From NCBI GenBank assembly GCA_965227295.1, contig OZ245742.1, positions 4,256,001 through 4,320,000 of the forward strand: 64,000 nucleotides of DNA, written 5' to 3'. A model generated the notes under the pieces. It worked only from the letters and a program-made list of their open reading frames with translations, was not told the DNA's origin and did not search any database. This document shows positions 49,147-59,807 of the stretch, one piece after another. Made by a program: the position numbers and the translations under genes. Source of the DNA: Leptonemataceae bacterium. Lineage in GTDB: Bacteria; Spirochaetota; Leptospiria; Leptospirales; Leptonemataceae. The number at the start of each line of letters is the position of its first letter. Position 1 is the first letter of the stretch.

Positions 49147-50693
49147 ACGCAGGACAACCGGAATCCGTCGGCGAAAACAAACGGCGGCACCGCCTGGCGT
49201 GGCGCATCGGCCTGCTCTATACCGTGCTCGCCATGATCAACATCGTCTTTTTCTCGATCATGATCTTCGAGAACCAGACGGATCTTTTGCAAAACAATTT
49301 TCGTTATCTCTCCGACAGCGTGGTCAAAACGATCTTCGACGAACTGGCGGAGGTCCCGTTGCACCGCGAGGACACCGAAAACTTTGAACGCCTGCGTTCC
49401 AACCTGGCCGCTTACGATGTCGAACGCATTACGGTCTTCGACCTGGACGGCAATGTATGGCACACACACCCGATCGAACCCGCCGGCAGCACGACACAGG
49501 TGGATGAGCGCCTGCTCCGGCGCGCGAACGAAATGGCCAATCAAGAGTTGGTCTTTCGTTCGCGCTACTCGACGGAATTAAATGAGCAGGACTTTACGGT
49601 GGATTTGATCATTCCCTCGGAGTCCGACATCGACCAGGCCTTCGTTGCCGCCACCATCAGCATCGCCCCCATGCGAGACCGCCTCAACGCCCTCTATTAT
49701 CAAATGGGCATCGCCGTGGTCTGGGGCGTCATCTTTCATGTGCTGTTCGGCCTCTTCGTCTATCGAACGATCTTCCGCCGCCTGAATACACTGGACTCTG
49801 CCAGCGTGCGCATGGCCCAGGGAGAACTGGGCGCCCGGGCCGACTGGAAACGCCCGCCGGCGGGCGGGGACGAACTCGATGAACTCGGCGACCGCTTCAA
49901 CGCCATGGCCGACAACATCCAGACGAAGATCGAAACCATCAGCAAACAAAACACCATCATCGAAAAACTCAATCGTGACATGCAAACCGAACTGATGATC
50001 GGCCAGGAGGTCCAGGAATCGTTCAGCACCATCGAAGAAGGCCTGGAACGCTATCGACCCGCCATCTTTCACGAACCGCTGCGCGAGGTGAGCGGCGACA
50101 TCTATCACTTCTACAAATTTTCCCGCAGCCGCCACGGCCTGTTCTTCGCCGACGCCACGGGACACGGCGTCTCCGCCGCCCTGATCACGGCGCTGACTTC
50201 GTTTTCCCTCGAGGCCTGCCTCAAAGAAAGTCAGGAACCGGCGAAGGTCATGACGAAGTTGAACAACATGATCGCCGCGCGGCTGAATCCCTTTTTCAAC
50301 GCCACGGCCATCTTCCTGGTGTTTCAGAAGAACGGCCGCATCAGCTATTCCAACGCCGGGCACACGCCGTGTCTGATCGTGCGCCCGTCCACCGGCGAGC
50401 GCTTTGAACTGAACGCATCGGGCACCCCCCTGGGCATGGTGGAGGACATGGAGATCCACGGTGCCCGCCTGGATACGCAGTCCGGCGACAAGGTCCTCGT
50501 CTACTCCGACGGCTGGACCGAAGCCCTCAATGGCCAGGGCGAACTCTACGGGCGGGAACGGGCCTTCGAAGTGTTCGCCGAGAACGTACAAGAATCTCCT
50601 GAACGTATCTTAGAGATCATCCGCACGGATCTTTACGCGCACACCGAGGTCTTCGAAGACGACGTCAGCATCATCGTACTGGAGATTCCCTGA
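49143..50693 (+). CDS. SpoIIE/PP2C (RsbU-like) phosphatase with HAMP domain
   Basis: DELDELGDRFN HAMP; VSGD, ADATGHG, YSDG, DDVS. Confidence 0.92.
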   Translation: MNAGQPESVGENKRRHRLAWRIGLLYTVLAMINIVFFSIMIFENQTDLLQNNFRYLSDSVVKTIFDELAEVPLHREDTENFERLRSNLAAYDVERITVFDLDGNVWHTHPIEPAGSTTQVDERLLRRANEMANQELVFRSRYSTELNEQDFTVDLIIPSESDIDQAFVAATISIAPMRDRLNALYYQMGIAVVWGVIFHVLFGLFVYRTIFRRLNTLDSASVRMAQGELGARADWKRPPAGGDELDELGDRFNAMADNIQTKIETISKQNTIIEKLNRDMQTELMIGQEVQESFSTIEEGLERYRPAIFHEPLREVSGDIYHFYKFSRSRHGLFFADATGHGVSAALITALTSFSLEACLKESQEPAKVMTKLNNMIAARLNPFFNATAIFLVFQKNGRISYSNAGHTPCLIVRPSTGERFELNASGTPLGMVEDMEIHGARLDTQSGDKVLVYSDGWTEALNGQGELYGRERAFEVFAENVQESPERILEIIRTDLYAHTEVFEDDVSIIVLEIP

Positions 50694-52324
50694 TGCGCGG
50701 GCGGATTTTCAGTCCCGTGTTGGTCCTGCTGCTCGCGGCGTTCTTCGCCTTCGTGGCCCGCTCGGTGATCGAAGTGAAAATCCTGGAACTGCGCGCCGGC
50801 ATCCAGCGCGATCGCATTCTGAACCTGGAGCTTTCGTCCCGGGCTCTGGAGGCCCGCTCCCGGCGCCTCAGCACCCAACGCGAGGACTTTCGTGCCGAGA
50901 TCCGCCAGAGCGTTCTGGAATCCAGTCTCTTAAACGACGAACGCCCGAAAGCCCTCGAACCCGGCCTCCTGGAGTATACCGGCTACGTGGCGGTCAACAC
51001 CGCGCGGCTGTTATCACTGAAACCCCTGGTCCATCTGATCAGCGACACGGAGACGCTCGTCCTGCTGCGCTACGCCTTTTATATGGAAAGAAACCGGCGC
51101 TACGAGGCCGCAATCCAGCGCTACCGGGATCTCCTGACCAATCGCCTCTTCGGTACCGAGGGAGACCTGGACGCCTTCGTGAGCCTGCATCTCGGATACT
51201 GCCTCATGGCGGTGGGCCGCACGGACGAAGCCGCCGGCAGGCTGCGCGTGGTCCGCGAAACCTACGCCGGAACGCACTTTGCGACGACCGCCGCCGTCCT
51301 GCTCCACGTCCTGGAGGACGGCCGCCGCCGCCGGGAACGCATCCATTCTCGGACGGATTCCCCCCTCGCCCTCGCCCGGGAGTTGTTTCAGTCAGGACAG
51401 TGCCCGGCCGCCCTGCGCGCCTACGAACAGGCCGCAACGCACGGCTCGTTGCAGCTACTGGATCGCTACCGCCGGGCCCTGTGCCTCGAAGAAACGGGCC
51501 GCGTGGGAGCGGCCACAACGGAGTACCGCAACATCATCAGCACTTACGATACCGGTTTTGCCCCCGGCGGCATTGAAGCCGCGCGTCTGTCGAACCGGCG
51601 CCTGCTGATCCTCGGCCACTTCTACGCCGGCGATCCCGAACTCCGCTCCCAGGCCGAAATCGAGGCCAAACGGCTGGGCGATGCGACGGCTCTTGGAGAA
51701 ATCGTCGAGGTCGCCGAAGAAATGCAGCCCGCGCAAATCGTCGAAGAAATCCAGAAGCCGGACGGCCCTGCTCCCGATCTGCTGAACTCTCTGCGCGACG
51801 AACTGGCCAGTGCAACCGGGCCTGCGGCCCCCGAACGGGAGGGAACGAAACCCGAGCCGGTCCCGGCCGAACCGTCCGCGCAGGATTCAAAAAACGCTCA
51901 GGAGACCGCGGCGAACCGTCACCATCTCACACTGCCGGCAAGAGCTGTCCCGGAAGATCCGGAGCGCATCCGGCTCTCCGGCTCCGGCAGCGCCGGCAAC
52001 GCGGCCGAGGCCCTGACCCGCGTCATGCTCGGCGATGGCAGCGTCGTTCGCGTAAGCACCCTGGAGCACCGCTCCGGCAAAAGCATGTTCATTTCGGGGC
52101 CGGACGCGCGCATCCATCTCCCGGTGGCCCGCATTCGCCGCATCGTGCCGCCGCGTGCCGGTGAGTGGCCGGGACTCATCGAAGTCATTTCCCGGAAAGG
52201 CGGCACTGTCCGTTACTTCACGGAGTTGAGCTTCGAAAAGGGCAGGCTGATCGGTCGTTTACCGGCAGGCGGCGGTTCGGTCCCCGTTGCTCTGGAAGAG
52301 GTGCACATCATCCGCACACCGTAG
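50693..52324 (+). CDS. TPR-containing membrane-anchored protein
   Basis: N-terminal TM, TPR-like helices, Pro-rich linker. Confidence 0.7.
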   Translation: MRGRIFSPVLVLLLAAFFAFVARSVIEVKILELRAGIQRDRILNLELSSRALEARSRRLSTQREDFRAEIRQSVLESSLLNDERPKALEPGLLEYTGYVAVNTARLLSLKPLVHLISDTETLVLLRYAFYMERNRRYEAAIQRYRDLLTNRLFGTEGDLDAFVSLHLGYCLMAVGRTDEAAGRLRVVRETYAGTHFATTAAVLLHVLEDGRRRRERIHSRTDSPLALARELFQSGQCPAALRAYEQAATHGSLQLLDRYRRALCLEETGRVGAATTEYRNIISTYDTGFAPGGIEAARLSNRRLLILGHFYAGDPELRSQAEIEAKRLGDATALGEIVEVAEEMQPAQIVEEIQKPDGPAPDLLNSLRDELASATGPAAPEREGTKPEPVPAEPSAQDSKNAQETAANRHHLTLPARAVPEDPERIRLSGSGSAGNAAEALTRVMLGDGSVVRVSTLEHRSGKSMFISGPDARIHLPVARIRRIVPPRAGEWPGLIEVISRKGGTVRYFTELSFEKGRLIGRLPAGGGSVPVALEEVHIIRTP

Positions 52325-52382
52325 TTCGGCGTGCGCCGCGTTTTTTTGTTTACGATAGTTCACGACAACCCAACGTACCATC

Positions 52383-53315
52383 ATGTCATCTTTCCAGTTG
52401 CCGCGTAAAATTCTGGTCGGCGCCGCCCTCGGTGGGACCTCGCATCACAACGTCGCCGCCACCGATCAGGATCGCCGCATCCTCGAACGATCGTTGCGCA
52501 TCGCGGACCTCATCGGCGCCGAAGTGCGTTTGCTGCACATTGGTGAGTGGGCCGAGGCTCCGGGTGGGCTCGAAATCGAATCGGAGCTCATCGCCGAACG
52601 CGAGGCCGTATTGCAGTCATTTATCGACGAGACGCGAAAAAACACCGGCTTTACCGAAGTGAAGGTAAGCTACGGCATCAGCGTCGGCCGCCCCTGGGTG
52701 TGCCTGCTGGACGAGGCGCAGAAGTGGGACGCCGGGTTGATCGTCATCGGGCCGGTGGTGCATCGCCCGGGTATCGTGACCCGGCTCATCCACGGCAGCA
52801 CGGCGGGCCGGCTCATCCGCCAGTCGCCGGTGCCGGTCTTGAAGGTCTCCGGCGAACTCATCAGTGATACCATGCGAAACCTGCTCGTGCCGGTGGACTT
52901 TTCGCCGATGAGCGCGGACCTGGTGGCCGCCGCCAATGCCATCCACGAACGCCGGCCGGAGGTCCGCCGGTACCTGCTCCACTGCCTGCGTTTTCCCCAG
53001 GACATCGTCATGCATCGCACGCCGGACCCCCGCGAGGCCCTCCGGGAATATCACGCGCAGGTGGAGGCCGAGGCGCGCAGCAAAATCAACGCACTCCTGG
53101 GTGATCAGCGGGACGGCTGGGAGGTGATCATCGAACGCGATTGGATCGGCCGCGTGGCCCCGGAAGTCGTCCTCGAGTACCGCATCGACCTGATGATCAT
53201 CGCCGGGGTTTCGCTACCGCGCATCGCCGGCCTGCTGCTCGGCACCACGGCGGAGAAAATCCTGGAGTCCACCGACGTATCGGCCTACATCATTCGACCG
53301 CACGACGTTTCGTGA
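52383..53315 (+). CDS. Tandem-domain universal stress protein
   Basis: HGSTAGRLIRQSPVPVL, LLVPVDFS, LLGTTAEKIL. Confidence 0.92.
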   Translation: MSSFQLPRKILVGAALGGTSHHNVAATDQDRRILERSLRIADLIGAEVRLLHIGEWAEAPGGLEIESELIAEREAVLQSFIDETRKNTGFTEVKVSYGISVGRPWVCLLDEAQKWDAGLIVIGPVVHRPGIVTRLIHGSTAGRLIRQSPVPVLKVSGELISDTMRNLLVPVDFSPMSADLVAAANAIHERRPEVRRYLLHCLRFPQDIVMHRTPDPREALREYHAQVEAEARSKINALLGDQRDGWEVIIERDWIGRVAPEVVLEYRIDLMIIAGVSLPRIAGLLLGTTAEKILESTDVSAYIIRPHDVS

Positions 53316-53989
53316 ACGCAGGGAACCATGCCCACGACACCGCCCTCGTGGTGGTGGACATGCAGAAGTACTACCTGCGCCCCGAGTCGGATTTTCAACG
53401 CTACTGCGAGGCCCGGCGCCCCGGTTGCATGGCCTACATTTCGCGCCGTGCCAATTCCCTGGTCGTCCCGAATGTCGCCCGCCTGATCGAAGCCTTTCGG
53501 GCATCCGCCGCGCCGCTCATTTTTCTAAAGCTCTGCTCCCGGGATCCGGAGCGCGAAGATCTGCATCGTTTCTTTCGCGAGACCTGGAGCGCGGCGCGAA
53601 CCCACGGCTTTCGCAACGTTTATCCGCTGTTCGATCAGCCCATGGCGGACGTAGTCGACGAACTCGCGCCGCTGGAACGGGAGGGTGAAGCTGTCATCGA
53701 AAAGCGCACGTTCAGCGGGTTCACCGAAAGCGAACTGCACGATCATCTCCGGAGCCTGGGCGTCACGCGTTTGATCTTTACGGGCCTCGCCACGTCTCAG
53801 TGCGTGGAGACCACGGCCCGGGACGCCTCGGATCGCGGCTACGAGATCGTGCACATCGAAGACGCGCAGGCCGACTACGACGAACAAATGCATTTCGCAT
53901 CCCTCTACTCGTCCCAGGCCGTCTGCGGCGGAGACGTGCGCCGAACCCTGGAGTTCCTCGAAGAATTTTCTGTAGACATAAATGGTTAA
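53312..53989 (+). CDS. Isochorismatase-like cysteine hydrolase
   Basis: ALVVVDMQ, KRTFSGF, TSQCVETTARDA. Confidence 0.9.
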   Translation: MNAGNHAHDTALVVVDMQKYYLRPESDFQRYCEARRPGCMAYISRRANSLVVPNVARLIEAFRASAAPLIFLKLCSRDPEREDLHRFFRETWSAARTHGFRNVYPLFDQPMADVVDELAPLEREGEAVIEKRTFSGFTESELHDHLRSLGVTRLIFTGLATSQCVETTARDASDRGYEIVHIEDAQADYDEQMHFASLYSSQAVCGGDVRRTLEFLEEFSVDING

Positions 53990-54010
53990 GATGAGCGAAG
54001 CTCGTTCCAT

Positions 54011-54589
54011 ATGGACGCAGCTTTTACCGCACACAACTCTTACTACTCCCGCAAGAAGTTCCTGAAAATCTTCGGCGGAGAAATCCGCATCTTCGACGAA
54101 GGCAAGAACAACCTGCTCTTCTTCGTCAAACAAAAGGCCTTTAAACTAAAAGAAGACATTACCATCTTCGGAGACGAGGGCCAGAGCCGGCCGTTGCTGA
54201 AGATCCAGGCCCGGAGCATCATCGACTTCGGCGCGACCTACGACGTCAGCGACGCGAACAGCGGTGAGAAAGTCGGCGCCCTGCGGCGTAAGGCCATGGC
54301 CTCGCTCATGCGCGATACCTGGCTCCTCCTCGACGCCAACGATAACGAAATCGGCACCGTCATGGAAGACAGCATGGGCATGGCTCTCTTGCGTCGCTTT
54401 CTCACGAACCTGGTGCCGCAGAACTTCACGATCCGCCTCGGCGAACAGGAAGCCGGCGAGATCAATCAAACGTTCAACCCGTTCATCGCGCAGTTCCGGG
54501 TCCACTTCAAGGCCGACAGCGCCCTGGACCGCCGCCTGGGAATCGCCGCGGTCGTACTGTTGCAGATAATCGAAGGACGCCAGGACTGA
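54011..54589 (+). CDS. LURP-one/scramblase-like (tubby C-terminal) protein
   Basis: FVKQKAFKLKEDI, ARSIIDF..YDV, DRRL. Confidence 0.7.
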   Translation: MDAAFTAHNSYYSRKKFLKIFGGEIRIFDEGKNNLLFFVKQKAFKLKEDITIFGDEGQSRPLLKIQARSIIDFGATYDVSDANSGEKVGALRRKAMASLMRDTWLLLDANDNEIGTVMEDSMGMALLRRFLTNLVPQNFTIRLGEQEAGEINQTFNPFIAQFRVHFKADSALDRRLGIAAVVLLQIIEGRQD

Positions 54590-54640
54590 GGGCTATTGCC
54601 GGGACGCCATCGATGACTACAAAGAGGCACACCGCGAAAC

Positions 54641-55570
54641 ATGAAAATCCGTACCCCCCTCACCGATCTTCTGAACATCGATCTGCCCATCGTCGGCGCG
54701 CCGATGTTCCTGGTTTCGTATCCGGACCTGGTCAGCGCGGTCTCCGAGGCCGGCGGCATCGGTTGTTTTCCGGCGTTGAACTATCGCACCTCGGAAGCAC
54801 TCCGCGACGGGCTCCAGGAAATGCGAGCGCGCACGCAAAAACCCATCGGCATAAATCTCATCTTACACAAAGAACACAACCCGCGCTGGGCGGAGCAGTA
54901 CGAGATCGCCATGCAGGAGAAGGTGGAGCTGGTCATCACCAGCCTGGGCAGTCCGCGCAGCATCGTCGGTGAAATCAAAAGCGCGGGCGCGAGCATCTTC
55001 TGTGACGTGACGACGCTGCGCCACGCGCAGGTGGTGGCCGAGGCCGGCGCCGACGCGTTGATCGCCGTGGCCGCCGGGGCCGGTGGTCACGCGGGGTCCA
55101 TCACGCCGTTCGCGTTATTTCCGTACTTGAAAGAACGGACCGGCCTGCCGGTGGTCGCGGCGGGGGCGATCAGCACGGGCAAACAAATGGCCGCGGCCCT
55201 GGCCCTGGGCGCGGACGCCGTCTATCTCGGCACGCGGTTGATTGCCACGCCCGAGGCGCAGGCCGCCGAAGGTTACAAGCAGATGCTGTTAGATGCGAAG
55301 CCGGAGGACATCGTCTACACCGACCGCGTGTCCGGCATTCCGGCCAACTGGATGCGGCAGAGCCTGGAACAATCGAAGGACATCATCGAGAACGCGACGG
55401 GACGCAAGTCCCTCGAAGACGTGCACGAGGATGCCAAACGCTGGCGGGACATCTGGTCGGCCGGGCACGGGGTGAGTGACATCGATCAACTGAAGCCGGC
55501 GGCGGAGATCGTCAAACGGATAGCTCAAGAGTATCTGGAAGTGCGCGTCGGGTTGCCGGGGGAATCTTAA
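54641..55570 (+). CDS. Nitronate monooxygenase family flavin oxidoreductase
   Basis: PIVGAPMF, GAGGHAG, ALGADAVYLGTR, WSAG.G. Confidence 0.9.
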   Translation: MKIRTPLTDLLNIDLPIVGAPMFLVSYPDLVSAVSEAGGIGCFPALNYRTSEALRDGLQEMRARTQKPIGINLILHKEHNPRWAEQYEIAMQEKVELVITSLGSPRSIVGEIKSAGASIFCDVTTLRHAQVVAEAGADALIAVAAGAGGHAGSITPFALFPYLKERTGLPVVAAGAISTGKQMAAALALGADAVYLGTRLIATPEAQAAEGYKQMLLDAKPEDIVYTDRVSGIPANWMRQSLEQSKDIIENATGRKSLEDVHEDAKRWRDIWSAGHGVSDIDQLKPAAEIVKRIAQEYLEVRVGLPGES

Positions 55571-55793
55571 CGGGTCGGCGTCGGCGCACAAGAGCCGCGG
55601 TTCGCGCAGTTTGCCGTGAGAAACATGAAGTAAATCGCGGAATTGAGAAGTGGATTTTTATGCTACGGCTCGCGGGAGTTGTGGATTTTCGTTTTGCTAA
55701 AAACGCCGCCTTCGACCCGGACGCGGATTTACGACTCAGCTACCGGCGGCGATTCAAAAATTCAGCGCGAACCAGCCATTGTGGCCCGTACAT

Positions 55794-55829
55794 AAAAAAC
55801 GGCAGGCCCGGGGAACCGGAACCTGCCGT
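55794..55829 (-). terminator. Intrinsic terminator after the tRNA pair
   Basis: ACGGCAGG..CCTGCCGT stem with A6 tract. Confidence 0.6.
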
Positions 55830-55857
55830 CATCATAAGTCGTCGCCGGAGCGACATG

Positions 55858-55929
55858 CATCCCGTAGGGGAATCGAACCCCTGTTGCTGGAATGAAAATC
55901 CAGAGTCCTAACCGCTAGACGAACGGGAC
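55858..55929 (-). tRNA. tRNA-Glu(TTC)
   Basis: GTCCCGT..ACGGGAT acceptor stem, anticodon TTC, TTCGATT T-loop. Confidence 0.95.
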
Positions 55930-56067
55930 GTGTTATCTATCTATTTTCGAAACAGAAAATAAATGCGAACAGCAGTCAGGACCGTTCTCGAAGACCACCG
56001 GCGGGCCGGCGAACTTCGCTTTAATAGCCTCATTCCCGGCACGCGGCCGGAACTCAAGCTATTTTTG

Positions 56068-56140
56068 TGAGGCGTCAGGGGCTCGAACCCTGGACCACTT
56101 CCTTAAAAGGGAAATGCTCTACCAACTGAGCTAACGCCTC
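56068..56140 (-). tRNA. tRNA-Lys(TTT)
   Basis: GAGGCGT..ACGCCTC acceptor stem, anticodon TTT. Confidence 0.96.
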
Positions 56141-56239
56141 GCATCAGCAATCCCGGCCACGTTATGTAGCGTGCGCAACGGGTCAACCGGAAAAGTGTTT
56201 CAGCTTGCCCTCAGAGCCCCCGCCCCGTACACGAACGCG

Positions 56240-56845
56240 ATGCTCAATTCGATCACCAACGCCATGCACGCCGCCGCGCTGATTACCTATACCACGCTGG
56301 TCTACTATTACATGCAGGCCGGTGACGAGCGCTATACGGTCTGGATCTTCCTCACGTTCCTCTTCGTCTCCATCCTGAAGTTCCTGGGAATCATCGTGCA
56401 TCTGCCCTGGGTCGATCTGCCGAACCGGGAACGCCACAACTTCGTGTGGATTCTGATTTCGATTGGCCTGGTCTTTCTGAATTATGCGACGCTGCGGGCG
56501 ATCCACATTCCGATGTGGGCGCTGATCCTGGGCATGCTCATCACGGTGCTCTTCTGCGGTCTCTACGTACATTCCCTGTTCGTAAGAACCGGGACGTTTT
56601 TCTTGATTGCGATTGCCCTCGCCTCGGTCTACACGCTCTGCGCAATCTTCACGCAGGGCCTGCTGCAAATCGCCTGGATCTGCATGATCCTCTCGCACGT
56701 ACTGTGGCTCGGCCTGGAACGCGTGCCGTGGTTGGAACAACGCAAGTTGCACAACGACATCTATCACCTGGCGTTGATTGCGAGTAGCTTCATTCTGTAC
56801 AAATCCATCGCCGAAGGTCTGTGGGCTGCGGGACCGGCGTGGTAA
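56240..56845 (+). CDS. Multi-TM membrane protein with conserved-looking His residues
   Basis: About 7 TMs; G.IVH and HNDIYH motifs. Confidence 0.75.
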   Translation: MLNSITNAMHAAALITYTTLVYYYMQAGDERYTVWIFLTFLFVSILKFLGIIVHLPWVDLPNRERHNFVWILISIGLVFLNYATLRAIHIPMWALILGMLITVLFCGLYVHSLFVRTGTFFLIAIALASVYTLCAIFTQGLLQIAWICMILSHVLWLGLERVPWLEQRKLHNDIYHLALIASSFILYKSIAEGLWAAGPAW

Positions 56846-56977
56846 GATGAAGTAAGAATTTCTCGGGCGCCCCCGCCCCTCCGGGGCGGTCGGGCTGCTC
56901 CGGGCGTGAAAGTAGCGACGCGTCTTACGCGTCGTCGGGTGGGGAATCCGCTGGCGCGGATTCCATGCTTCGCTGCG

Positions 56978-58134
56978 GGGGCTGACCAAAAAGTGGCCTG
57001 CCAGAAGAGATAGGGCATTCATTTTATTGGGGGGAGCTCCGCTCCCCCTGGCTCCGACCCGCGTCGCTACGCGAACGCCCGGGCCTCGCCTTCGGCGACC
57101 GGCTCACCCTCCGGGCAAGCCTGGCCCGGGCTCGCGGTTCTCCGCCACCCCCTCGGTGTGCAGGCTCCGTTCGCAGCTCATTCTTTTAACATTATGGGCA
57201 AGATAGAACAACCCGGCGTCGGCTTGTGCGCCGGCAAGGCCCCGGGTTACATACCGGCGCCGCTTTTGATTGAATTTGCCGTCTCCGAAAACGGTTTCCA
57301 CAGCATGGCCCCGCACTCGTTGAAACTCACGACCCTGCGGGCTGTTAAGATTCTCTCGTGTGATGTTACGCAGCCTCTCCAGATTCGGACGCACGGTCAG
57401 CGTGCCGGAACTACCCGGCGTGCATTTCTGCCGTAACGGACACTGTATGCAATCCGGAGGCGCGCTGTACTCACGGCTGTGCTCCACATACCCCGTGCGA
57501 CTCAGACGACTCTTCGTTCGCTGAAAAGGCAAACGTCCCCCGGCCGGGCAGGTATAGACGTCACTGAATTCATCATACGAAAAACGGTTCAAGCGTACAC
57601 GTTCTTCATTCCATTTTGGAGATCTTTCACGAGATGATGCCGTCTTTCATGCGCATCGGCCGGGCGTCATGATCCGTGCGCGAACAGCCATTGCGATTTT
57701 GCAGGATTTCCCGCTGTTTTTCGTACTTTTCGCGCCGGCGTTCTAACTCACGCGTTCTGCGGAGTTTTTTTTAGTGTCTGCGAGCATCATGCGCGGATCA
57801 TGCGCGGATCATACGCACTCGTGCCGCCGCCGCGATAGGCAGTGTAGAGTTCACTGAGGTCCATCCTGTCAATCAACTCGCTGACAATCCGTGCCAGATG
57901 CCCCGGCTCCACGTAGTCTTCTGTACTCGGCGGGAAAAGATAACTCTCGTTTTGAACATACGGCTTGAACTTCTGCGCCCTGGGCTTCCGCGAGGCACCA
58001 CTCAATTCGGTCGTTTCAGGGAAAAGTTCGTCTGCGTGCGGATCTGACATGGGCAGAGCCTCAACCGGCCATCGCCCTTTTCCAGGAATTTTCGTTGTGT
58101 CAAGTCCGTATCCAGGACCTTTTTGGTCAGCCCC
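56978..58134 (-). mobile_element. Internally deleted IS1182-family element, copy 2
   Basis: Same TIRs and fragments as 7503-8648; differs by about 3 SNPs and an 11-bp tandem duplication near 57790. Confidence 0.85.
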
Positions 58135-58247
58135 TGGCTTCGCCACCCTGCGCATCCCTGGCGCGAAGAGACGAGCAATATCATCCGCCCACCGACTCTC
58201 CCGATCTTCCCCTCGGCGACCTCGGTCCTCGGAGTGAACCCTCTTCC

Positions 58248-58862
58248 TCACTGCGGCACGTGAAACAAACCGGAGATCTCGTCCTCGGTGAACAGATGAT
58301 TCAGATTCATCAACACCACGAACTCATCTTTGTTCTTACCGACGCCGGTTACAAACTTACTCGCGGCGGACTTTAAGGACGGCGGGCCCGGGTCGATGGA
58401 TTCCGGTGGGAAACGAACGACGTGCGAAACCTGGTCGACGGCCAGGCCGATGCGGCGGCCGCTCATGTTGATGATGATGGCGCGGTCCAGTTTCTTGCGT
58501 GCGTTGCGCACGGCCTGGGCGGCCGCGGTCTCGGGCTTTGCGCCTTCCCCGGTGGACGACGCGTCGGCCTGCTTCGCACCGACTTCCGGCGGCCGATCTT
58601 CGTCGTCCGTCTGAATGGCCAGCTTGCGCTTGAGGTCGACGATGGGCAGGACCTTGCCCCGAATGTCCATGAGGCCCAGAAAATAATTGCGTGAGTGCGG
58701 GATCTTGATGAGGTTCTCGACCTTGACGATCTCGGCCACCTGCAGGACGGGGATGCCGTACTCCTCTTCCCCCAACATGAACGTGAGGTACTTCTGCTGG
58801 ATTTCCTGCTGGGCCTTCTCGTGGGCCCGCTCCTGCGCTCTACCCGTGCCGGGGGACTTCAT
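58248..58862 (-). CDS. cheW: Chemotaxis adaptor CheW
   Basis: KYLTFMLGEEEYGIPV, GLMDIRGKVLPIVDL, GLAVDQV. Confidence 0.92.
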   Translation of the reverse strand: MKSPGTGRAQERAHEKAQQEIQQKYLTFMLGEEEYGIPVLQVAEIVKVENLIKIPHSRNYFLGLMDIRGKVLPIVDLKRKLAIQTDDEDRPPEVGAKQADASSTGEGAKPETAAAQAVRNARKKLDRAIIINMSGRRIGLAVDQVSHVVRFPPESIDPGPPSLKSAASKFVTGVGKNKDEFVVLMNLNHLFTEDEISGLFHVPQ

Positions 58863-58917
58863 GCGAACACCTTATCAAAGACGTCCGCTGCAAGCAAGCC
58901 ATCCGCAGCCGCTCCGA

Positions 58918-59691
58918 TCAAAGAAAAACGCCCCACATGCGGTACTGGATCTGCCAGTAGACCGTCACAGCGCTCGCACACATCAGGATCATGACCTTCG
59001 GCAGGAACGGATCGCGCTGGCGCCACAGCCAGTCGGTGGCCCCGGCGAAGACCCCCAGGGCACCCAGGTATCCGGCGAGTTCGGTGACACCAAACATGTT
59101 CTGTAAATAAGCCCAGTACAGCCACAGGCCCACGCTCAGATCGGTCAGCTCCGCCGGCATGCGCCGGAGGAGTCGGCTGTACCATGGCGCGTAGCGTTCT
59201 TTCCGCGCGCGGTCCCGCTTCTTCGCCAGGTACTCCCGGATGAGCTCCAGGAGACTGAAGCGCGTGGTGATGGGCAGCACGTCGGATCCGCGCCCGCCCC
59301 GATCCCGGCCCGCCGGGAACAGCGGTTCCTCGGGCAGGCCGTAGCATCCGCCGATGGCCTCGAGTACCGGGGCTTCCGGCAAGAATGCGAAGTACTGCGC
59401 GAAGCGACTCAGGCGCGAGGTCAGGTCCACCGAACGTTTGCCGGCCACCTCGCGTTCCTGCAAGATCGTCCCGCCCTTGATCAACGAGACGTACTCCCGG
59501 CCGTTTTCCGACGCCGAACGCAGGCAGATGCGCACCATCCGCCGGGCAAAGCTGAAATCGACCTCCAGCTCGTCCCCTTCCGGGGTCTCGGTGTAGTAGG
59601 TCCGGGTGAAGCCTTCCTGCTGGGACTGCCGCGTTTTCCAGAGATTGTGGAGCTGCCCGCTGTCGGGGAGAGATACGCCGGGTTGAATCAT
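58918..59691 (-). CDS. Hypothetical protein with C-terminal TM helices
   Basis: 257-aa ORF, soluble N-terminus and 3 hydrophobic segments. Confidence 0.7.
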   Translation of the reverse strand: MIQPGVSLPDSGQLHNLWKTRQSQQEGFTRTYYTETPEGDELEVDFSFARRMVRICLRSASENGREYVSLIKGGTILQEREVAGKRSVDLTSRLSRFAQYFAFLPEAPVLEAIGGCYGLPEEPLFPAGRDRGGRGSDVLPITTRFSLLELIREYLAKKRDRARKERYAPWYSRLLRRMPAELTDLSVGLWLYWAYLQNMFGVTELAGYLGALGVFAGATDWLWRQRDPFLPKVMILMCASAVTVYWQIQYRMWGVFL

Positions 59692-59807
59692 GGGATTTCT
59701 TCAGGCCGCGCAACTCGCGGCTATTCTGTATAACGGCCGACCCGGCGTGACCGTTGAGAAAGAATTTTCGAATTGACCGCATCCTTCCCGGGACGGATGA
59801 CGAAATT

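Noticed and set aside
55571..55793. Possible ncRNA or small ORF between the oxidoreductase and tRNA-Glu
   Set aside because: No recognisable RNA family or convincing coding signal
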